Positions 57,899 to 64,000 of a DNA stretch of 64,000 bases are shown here, piece after piece. The DNA lies in contig OY759598.1 in NCBI GenBank assembly GCA_963662435.1, forward strand, positions 3,566,507 through 3,630,506, read 5' to 3'. The stretch's first letter is position 1. Each line of letters opens with the position of its first letter. Origin of the DNA: Dehalococcoidia bacterium. GTDB taxonomy: Bacteria; Chloroflexota; Dehalococcoidia; Lucifugimonadales; VXLM01. Below the pieces are notes generated by a model that saw nothing but the letters and a program-made list of their open reading frames with translations, did no database searches and was not told where the DNA came from. The position numbers were made by a program, and so were the translations under genes.

Positions 57899-58975
57899 AT
57901 GACATACCGTGTAGGCATCGTGGGCGCGAGCGGAATCGTTATCAACACTCCAAGGGGCGAGCCGTCGCCTCCCCTCGAGAGGGAGCTTTCCAATTCGCAT
58001 CTGAGCGGTCTCTCCTTAATGCCGGAGGTGGAGCTTACAGCGATCTGCGACATCAACCCGGAGGCGCTGGAACGGTTCCAGTCGTCGTGGAAGGAACGTT
58101 GGCCCGATACACGGCTCTATGCGGACTACAGGGAGATGCTGGAACGGGAAGGCCTTGACATCCTGACGGTTGCGACGTCGGACCATCGCCATACTCAGAT
58201 CGTGATCGACGGTACGGAGAGCGGGGTGAAGGGGATATTTTGCGAGAAGCCGATTGCAACGACGCTGGAGGACGCGGACGCGATGATCGCGGCGTGCGAG
58301 GCCAACGGCGTGAAGATGTCGGTCAACCACTCACGAAGGTGGATGCCTCTGTACCAAAAGGTGCGACAGATCATCAAGAGCGGCGTCATCGGAGCGCCGA
58401 CGGTAATATCGGGGGTCCTGGCCGGGCCCCGTGCGATGATGTTCCGCAACGGGACTCACTATATCGACATACTGAGTTTCTTTGCCGAGTCGGAGCCGAG
58501 GAAGGTGTCGGCAATCCTGGAGGACGGATTCGATCACTGGGACCGGTATCGGGGTGACGGAGGGAAATTGCCGGAGAACGAGCCGGGCATGACGGGGACG
58601 ATCCATTACGAGAACGGCGTCATCGGGCTCTTCCGATCGGTGAAGGGCACTGCGCCTATCGGCGGGTTGGAGATCATCGGGCCGGATGGGGTCCTTCACA
58701 TAGGCGGCACAGAGGGGACAGCGGAACTGACGGTCCTGCAGGACATCAGGGCAGAGCCATTCCGCACGATGATTCATCCGGAGCAGTACCAGGTCCAGGG
58801 GCCGTTGGCGGCGTACCGGGAGCTAATCGATATCATCGAGCGCGGCGGGGAGAGTATTTCGACACCGCGAGACGCGCGAAGGGCGCTGAGGATATTGTTG
58901 GGGTTCCTGGACTCGCATCAGCAGGGCGGCAGGTTGGTGGAGCCGCCGGGGCGACTCGCCGTCGCGGACGGATAG
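57899..58975 (+). CDS. Gfo/Idh/MocA oxidoreductase
   Basis: 'YRVGIVGA', 'GIFCEKPIA', 'NHSRRW', 'NGTHYID'. Confidence 0.85.
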   Translation: MTYRVGIVGASGIVINTPRGEPSPPLERELSNSHLSGLSLMPEVELTAICDINPEALERFQSSWKERWPDTRLYADYREMLEREGLDILTVATSDHRHTQIVIDGTESGVKGIFCEKPIATTLEDADAMIAACEANGVKMSVNHSRRWMPLYQKVRQIIKSGVIGAPTVISGVLAGPRAMMFRNGTHYIDILSFFAESEPRKVSAILEDGFDHWDRYRGDGGKLPENEPGMTGTIHYENGVIGLFRSVKGTAPIGGLEIIGPDGVLHIGGTEGTAELTVLQDIRAEPFRTMIHPEQYQVQGPLAAYRELIDIIERGGESISTPRDARRALRILLGFLDSHQQGGRLVEPPGRLAVADG

Positions 58976-59127
58976 GCGACTCGCTGTCGCAGGCAGATAG
59001 AGTGTCGGTGCTGGGTACTGAGCACCCTCTCCCGCGAACGTGAGAGGGGGAAATAGTGAGGGGTTGTTGTCTTGACCCTCACGTTTGGTAGCACATAGAA
59101 TGCGGCCCTGTATTGGATGATTAGTAG

Positions 59128-59571
59128 ATGACCAGCAGCGTGCGTGTTGAAGAGTTGGTTTCGGCCGGCGGGGTCGTGTTTCGCAATAACGGGAACGGCC
59201 CCGAGGTGATCCTGTGCGGCAAGTGGATGCCGCGACGGCTCTGGGCGCTGCCGAAGGGGACGCCGGAGCAGGGAGAGTCGCGGGAGCAGACTGCTCTTCG
59301 CGAGGTGAACGAGGAGACGGGTCTGCAGGTGCGGGCTCAGTACTTCATCGACAGCATACAGTACTGGTTCGTGCGGCCCCATGACGGGGTGCGATGCCAC
59401 AAGACGGTGCTTTACTATCTGATGGACTCGGTCGGTGGCGACACATCCCTCCATGACAACGAGTTTGACGAGGTACGGTGGTTCTCGGTCGACGACGCTC
59501 TGAAGACCATGAGCTACGGAAACGAGGCAAAGGTTGTTAAAAAAGGCCTTTCCATGGCTCTACGAGGATGA
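59128..59571 (+). CDS. NUDIX hydrolase
   Basis: Nudix box 'LPKGTPEQGESREQTALREVNEETGL'. Confidence 0.9.
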   Translation: MTSSVRVEELVSAGGVVFRNNGNGPEVILCGKWMPRRLWALPKGTPEQGESREQTALREVNEETGLQVRAQYFIDSIQYWFVRPHDGVRCHKTVLYYLMDSVGGDTSLHDNEFDEVRWFSVDDALKTMSYGNEAKVVKKGLSMALRG

Positions 59572-60160
59572 TCAAGAGCCAGCGGAAGAGGGTGCGGTAG
59601 TCCAGGTCGGCAACAAGGTTGTCCTACGGGAGAAGCGCCAGAGCGATATCGACGACGACTACGGCTGGCGGGTCGACGAGGAACTGTCCCGGCTGGACGC
59701 GACGCGACCGATAACGATGTCGTTCGAAGCGTTCCGCAACTACGCACGCGAGGAGATGCGGTACGCCACCTCGACGTCGAAGCGGCTCGCCATCGACACG
59801 CACGACGGCGTCCACATCGGCAACTGCATGTACTACGACATCAACCGCAGGCGCGGCGTGGCCGAGTTGGGGATCATGATCGGCGACCGGAGCTATTGGG
59901 GTGCCGGTTACGGCACGGACGCTGTGCGAACGCTTCTCGATCATATTTTCACGACTACGGACCTCGATTCTGTCTATCTTCACACGCTCAGATGGAACGA
60001 CCGCGCTCGGCAGTCGTTTGCCAAGGCGGGTTTTCGGGAGTTGCGCACGGTGTTCCGCAATGGGTATGACTTCGTGCGGATGGAGATCCGGCGAGACGAG
60101 TGGGAGGGGGACCTGCCGGAGGCTTCGCAATCGGACGGCAACGGTTCGCACGGAGAGTAG
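59534..60160 (+). CDS. GNAT N-acetyltransferase (RimJ/RimL-like)
   Basis: 'HIGNCMYYDI', 'ELGIMIGDRSYWGAGYGTDA', 'N.RA..SFAKAGF'; start uncertain. Confidence 0.85.
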   Translation: MLKKAFPWLYEDDQEPAEEGAVVQVGNKVVLREKRQSDIDDDYGWRVDEELSRLDATRPITMSFEAFRNYAREEMRYATSTSKRLAIDTHDGVHIGNCMYYDINRRRGVAELGIMIGDRSYWGAGYGTDAVRTLLDHIFTTTDLDSVYLHTLRWNDRARQSFAKAGFRELRTVFRNGYDFVRMEIRRDEWEGDLPEASQSDGNGSHGE

Positions 60161-60408
60161 GTGACTCGCCGTCGCGGGCATATAGGCCACCGTTCTCGGG
60201 GCGACTCGCCTTCGCGGGAATGACAATAGGGGGTCTTGTCGTTCACTTTCATACCAATCGCTGATGGCGGTTGTCACCGACGGCACATATCACGAGAATG
60301 GCGGTAGGGCGATTCGCGAATCGCCCCTGCGGGAGATTGGACGGGGGTTATTTTCAGAGGTATGACGGGTGACGGTATGGCGAATGCGGATAGAGAAGGT
60401 ACGTGGCC

Positions 60409-61248
60409 ATGCGTCGGGTGATTCTCGGGGACAATCTTGATGTCCTGATGTCTCTGCCGGACGGGGGAGTTGACCTGATATATGTCGATCCTCCTTTCAA
60501 TACCGGGCGTGTGCAGGAGCGGCGGTCGTTAAAGACGGTGCGCGACGAGGACGGCGGCGACCGCGTGGGGTTCCAGGGGAAGCGATACCGCACGGTGGAG
60601 GTTGGGACGAGGGCGTACGAGGACTCGTTCGACGACTATCTGAGTTTTCTTGAGCCACGGTTTCGTGAGGCAAGGCGGGTATTGAAGTCGAACGGGTCGT
60701 TCTTCCTGCACGTGGACTACCGGGAGGTCCACTACTGCAAGGTGTTGCTGGACGAGGTGTTCGGGCGGGAGTCGTTCATTAACGAGATCGTCTGGGCCTA
60801 CGACTACGGCGGACGGTCGAAGTCGAGGTGGCCGGCGAAGCACGACAATATCCTGTGGTACGCGAAAGACCCGGAGGACTACACGTTCAACTACGAGGAG
60901 GTAGACAGGATTCCGTACATGGCGCCCGACATGGTGGGGCCTGACAAGGCGGCGCGCGGGAAGACTCTGACGGACGTCTGGTGGCACACCATCGTGCCGA
61001 CGAACGGCAAGGAGAAGACGGGGTATCCGACGCAGAAGCCGCTCGGAATCGTGGAGCGGATCGTGAGGGTGCACTCGAATCCGGGAGACCTGGTGCTGGA
61101 CTTTTTCGCGGGGAGCGGGACGACAGGTGAGGCGGCGGCGAAGCTGGGGCGGGGGTTTATCCTGGTGGACAATAGCCCGGAGGCGATCCGGGTGATGGAG
61201 AGGCGACTCTCCGTCGCGGGCGAAGAAGGTGTGGGTTCTGGGTGCTAG
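60409..61248 (+). CDS. Site-specific DNA methyltransferase (N4/N6, beta class), apparently orphan
   Basis: Motif IV 'IYVDPPFNTG' precedes motif I 'VLDFFAGSGTTG'; 'YPTQKP'. Confidence 0.9.
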   Translation: MRRVILGDNLDVLMSLPDGGVDLIYVDPPFNTGRVQERRSLKTVRDEDGGDRVGFQGKRYRTVEVGTRAYEDSFDDYLSFLEPRFREARRVLKSNGSFFLHVDYREVHYCKVLLDEVFGRESFINEIVWAYDYGGRSKSRWPAKHDNILWYAKDPEDYTFNYEEVDRIPYMAPDMVGPDKAARGKTLTDVWWHTIVPTNGKEKTGYPTQKPLGIVERIVRVHSNPGDLVLDFFAGSGTTGEAAAKLGRGFILVDNSPEAIRVMERRLSVAGEEGVGSGC

Positions 61249-61413
61249 GTGCTCTGTTGTGAGTTGAAGATTCACCGCAGAGGGCACAGAGAACGCGGAG
61301 AAAAGAAGGCAGAGATTAGAGTCTAGGTGAGGGGCACCTGGTCTGTTCCTCCAGTGTGCCAGGACAGCAGGAGCCTTCAGGTATCTGATAGCAGAGAAGA
61401 GCAGGAGGCAGGC

Positions 61414-62169
61414 GTGAGGACAAACACGGTCAAGCAAAAGTTGTTGCTCGGCGAGCCGTCGATTGGGGCGGAGGCCGGGTTGGGGTCGGTGCTGTCGGCG
61501 GAGGCGTTGTCGCGGGTGGGTTTTGAATATGTGGTGGTGGATATGCAGCATGGGGCGTGGACGGAGGAAACGGTGATGTATGCTTTCCGGTCGATTGCGT
61601 TGGGGTCGGCATTGCCGATGGCGCGGGTGCGGAGCAATGATTTCGGGTTGATCGGGAGGCTGCTGGATATCGGCGCGATGGGAGTCATCATTCCGCTGGT
61701 GAACTCGGTGGAGGACGCGGAGAAGACGGTTCTGGCTGCGCGGTACCCTCCTCTGGGCGGCAGGTCGGGCGGGAACTTCGGGACTGGGTTCCTCTCGGAC
61801 GACCCTGATAGCTACCAGGAGCGCGCGAACGAGGAGATCTTCCTGGCAGTGCAGATCGAGTCGGCTCCCGCCGTGGAGAGCGCGGAAGCCATCCTGGCGG
61901 TGGAGGGCATCGATGGGTGCTGGATCGGGCCGGGGGACCTGTCTGCGTCGATGGGGACGACACCGGGAACGCCAGAGCACACGGCGGCTATCCGATCGGT
62001 GATCGCGGCGTGTCATAAGACGGGAAAGATTCCGGGAATCTCGCTCGGAGACGTGGAGCTTGCGAGGTTCTGGATCGATGAGGGGTGCCGGTTCGTGACG
62101 TGCGGTGACGACGGGTCGTGGATGGCCTCGGGGGCGAGGGCGGCGTTGGAGGGGGTGTTGGGGGAGTAA
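61414..62169 (+). CDS. HpcH/HpaI class II aldolase
   Basis: 'VVVDMQHG', 'LLDIGAMGVIIP', 'YPPLGGRS', 'VQIES', 'IGPGDLS'; GGAGG RBS before GTG. Confidence 0.9.
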   Translation: MRTNTVKQKLLLGEPSIGAEAGLGSVLSAEALSRVGFEYVVVDMQHGAWTEETVMYAFRSIALGSALPMARVRSNDFGLIGRLLDIGAMGVIIPLVNSVEDAEKTVLAARYPPLGGRSGGNFGTGFLSDDPDSYQERANEEIFLAVQIESAPAVESAEAILAVEGIDGCWIGPGDLSASMGTTPGTPEHTAAIRSVIAACHKTGKIPGISLGDVELARFWIDEGCRFVTCGDDGSWMASGARAALEGVLGE

Positions 62170-62550
62170 GGGAGCCTCGCCGTCGCGGGCGGATAGGTGG
62201 GAGGTTCTGGGTGCTGGGAAGATGATTCACTGCAGAGGTGCTATTCCCGAATCGCCCCTGCGAAAGGTTTGCCTGGGGTTGTTCTCAGGTGAATGACAGA
62301 ATGTTAATGCTACGTAGGATGCAGGGTCCCGTTGCAGGGGGCTTGCCAGCTATGGAGAGCCTGCCTGAGGACTGCGGCGAGACTTGGGATTGGACGACTT
62401 GATGAAAAACTTCTGAAACACGTGTGAAATACTTATGCAACAAGATAACGGTAGGTTAAGCGCGATTCGGTGGATGAGAAGTCGAATTGCAACATCGTGC
62501 GACCTTGATATAGTTTTGTTGGTCAATAGTATCGAGGACTAACTTCTTTC

Positions 62551-63546
62551 ATGAGCAATCGAAGCGAGGGGCAATCGATAGACTCTCGGGTCTCCAAGCT
62601 GCAGGGTGACTTGCAGCACCTGATTCAATTCCTCGTCGCGGGACTCAAGAATCAGCTTTCTCCCTATGGGGTCGACGCCGTGGAGTACACGGTCCTCAGC
62701 GTCTGCCTGGGCGTGGGGCCGACTTCGATCAGAGACCTGCGGAAGCTTGTTCCCCTTGACTATGGACACATGAGTCGCACTACGAGCGGACTTGAGGACA
62801 AGGGACTTCTTCGAAAAATTCGCTTGCGGGTCGATCGACGTGTGGTGCGCCTAAGGGTGACGGACGAGGGTGCGTCACTCATGCCGGAATTAGTGGGGCG
62901 GGTGCAGGAATATTATGTGCTTATCGTAAGAGACATCGATCATGAGCGGTTGATCGGCTGCATGGCCGTGATGCAGAAGATGGTATCAGCGTGGGAAGAG
63001 GAGGAGAATCACCCCGCGCCGGCGGAGGGATCGCCTCATCCTTCCTCGTACGGAGATGAGGATGGAAGCGGGACTCAAAGCCCCTCGAACGAGGCGCTCT
63101 TCGGTATGCTGCAGGGCGACATGACGAGATTGATGAGCATCATATACAGGGGAATTGAGGACCGGGTGTCTCCGCTTGGGCTTGCCGTCGCGGAGTTCTC
63201 AATTCTTACGACCTGCCTCGGCAACGAATCGATCACGATTTCGGGCCTCGCGGAGCATCTTCCCCTCGATGCTGGACGCATAAGCCGTCTTGTGTCCAAC
63301 CTAGAAGACAGGGAGCTGGTCAGGAAGGTTCGCACGAGAGGAGATCGTCGGGTGGTGAGGGTGGAGATGACCGACGAGGGACGCATGCTGGCGCTCGAGT
63401 GCATGGGGCAGGTCAGCGAGCACTACGCCAACGTCGTGAGCAAGATCAGCGAAGAAGAGTTGGACGACCTGCTCACTTTCATCGCAAAGATGACGGAGAA
63501 TGCCGAGACCGCAAAAGAGGGAGGCGAGGACGGCGGGGGTGATTGA
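62551..63546 (+). CDS. Tandem (double) MarR-family transcriptional regulator
   Basis: Two wHTH units: 'SR....LEDKGL....VDRRVVRLRVTDEG' and 'SRLV..LEDRELV....GDRRVVRVEMTDEG'. Confidence 0.85.
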   Translation: MSNRSEGQSIDSRVSKLQGDLQHLIQFLVAGLKNQLSPYGVDAVEYTVLSVCLGVGPTSIRDLRKLVPLDYGHMSRTTSGLEDKGLLRKIRLRVDRRVVRLRVTDEGASLMPELVGRVQEYYVLIVRDIDHERLIGCMAVMQKMVSAWEEEENHPAPAEGSPHPSSYGDEDGSGTQSPSNEALFGMLQGDMTRLMSIIYRGIEDRVSPLGLAVAEFSILTTCLGNESITISGLAEHLPLDAGRISRLVSNLEDRELVRKVRTRGDRRVVRVEMTDEGRMLALECMGQVSEHYANVVSKISEEELDDLLTFIAKMTENAETAKEGGEDGGGD

Positions 63547-64000
63547 GTGAGGCCGGAGTCATTGGATTCTCGCCCCGTATGATAGTACGGGGTGACGTTC
63601 TTTCGCGGGAATGACGGTGTGGGCTCTTACGGTTCGGAACGATTTGAGTGGTCTGCGTGAAGTAGATGGTTGTGCTCAGCAGCCGTCATCCTCATCCTAG
63701 CCCTCTCCCAGGACGGGAGAGGGTTTTTTTCGTCAGGAGTGCGTGCCAAGGGCGCAGGGTGTAGACGAGATCTTTTGAGAGACCGTTCCAGCTATTGGTC
63801 ACCTAGTGGATGGCAACGACCTTAGATTCCTCACTTCGCTACGCTGCGTTCGGAATGCCCCAGTGATGAAATGCTGGGTCGTAATGAGAGATGAGCGTGT
63901 TAATGGGAGGCGCTTCACCCTTCGACAGGCTCAGGGCGAACGGGGCTTTCGCGGCGCATTCTGTGAGCAGCTCGACGAGGGAAGGGTATCTTGAGGGAGT

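Larger units (their letters stand above)
58951..62196 (+). repeat. Local 25-nt repeat GCGACTCGCCGTCGCGGGCGGATAG, six copies at gene 3' ends
   Basis: 58951-58975, 58976-59000, 60161-60185, 60201-60224 (hybrid with RS3-like repeat), 61203-61227, 62172-62196. Confidence 0.75.

Noticed and set aside
59534..59571. A6G run in the NUDIX/GNAT overlap as a programmed frameshift fusing the two genes
   Set aside because: The A AAA AAG heptamer is in the GNAT frame; fusion would need a +1 shift, and both proteins look complete separately.
58951..62196. The 25-nt repeats as a CRISPR array or integron attC sites
   Set aside because: Spacing is gene-sized and irregular, copies are degenerate, there are no cas or intI genes, and no RYYYAAC/GTTRRRY ends.

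Overview
GC-rich bacterial chromosome segment. I infer Chloroflexota, probably Dehalococcoidia/SAR202-like, from a Chlor_Arch_YYY/DUF2298 membrane protein, F420-dependent npdG, the rplI-dnaB-tandem DnaC-like layout, GAAC-N4-GT(T/A)C SOS boxes and several Gfo/Idh/MocA paralogs. It holds about 50 CDS: housekeeping genes (rplI, dnaB, lexA, rpsT, rsmD, coaD, uppP, thpR, radC), catabolic enzymes, pxpABC, an Fe3+ ABC transporter, an oppCDF-like operon, a hicBA toxin-antitoxin pair, an orphan DNA methyltransferase, a collagen-like lipoprotein and NHL-repeat proteins, plus tRNA-Pro(TGG). Intergenic DNA is dense with several families of short palindromic repeats. I saw no CRISPR array, rRNA, integrase or transposase. 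Main hidden signals: (1) a DUF3179-like gene split by an in-frame UGA in a W-U-P-L-C motif with an adjacent SECIS-like hairpin, i.e. a probable selenoprotein; (2) an unannotated cassette at 41.9-43.3 kb with a canonical promoter, an apparently leaderless start overlapped by a LexA-like box, a frameshifted terminase-small-subunit-like HTH gene, a 3x10-bp repeat and a small CxCC protein, with the same box and repeat architecture recurring without a gene upstream of dnaB; (3) a 25-nt hairpin repeat marking the 3' ends of four consecutive gene units; (4) a probable ATA start codon after coaD; (5) a tandem DnaC/IstB-like ATPase whose two Walker B motifs both read DG. All family assignments come from motif recognition by eye; no database searches were run.
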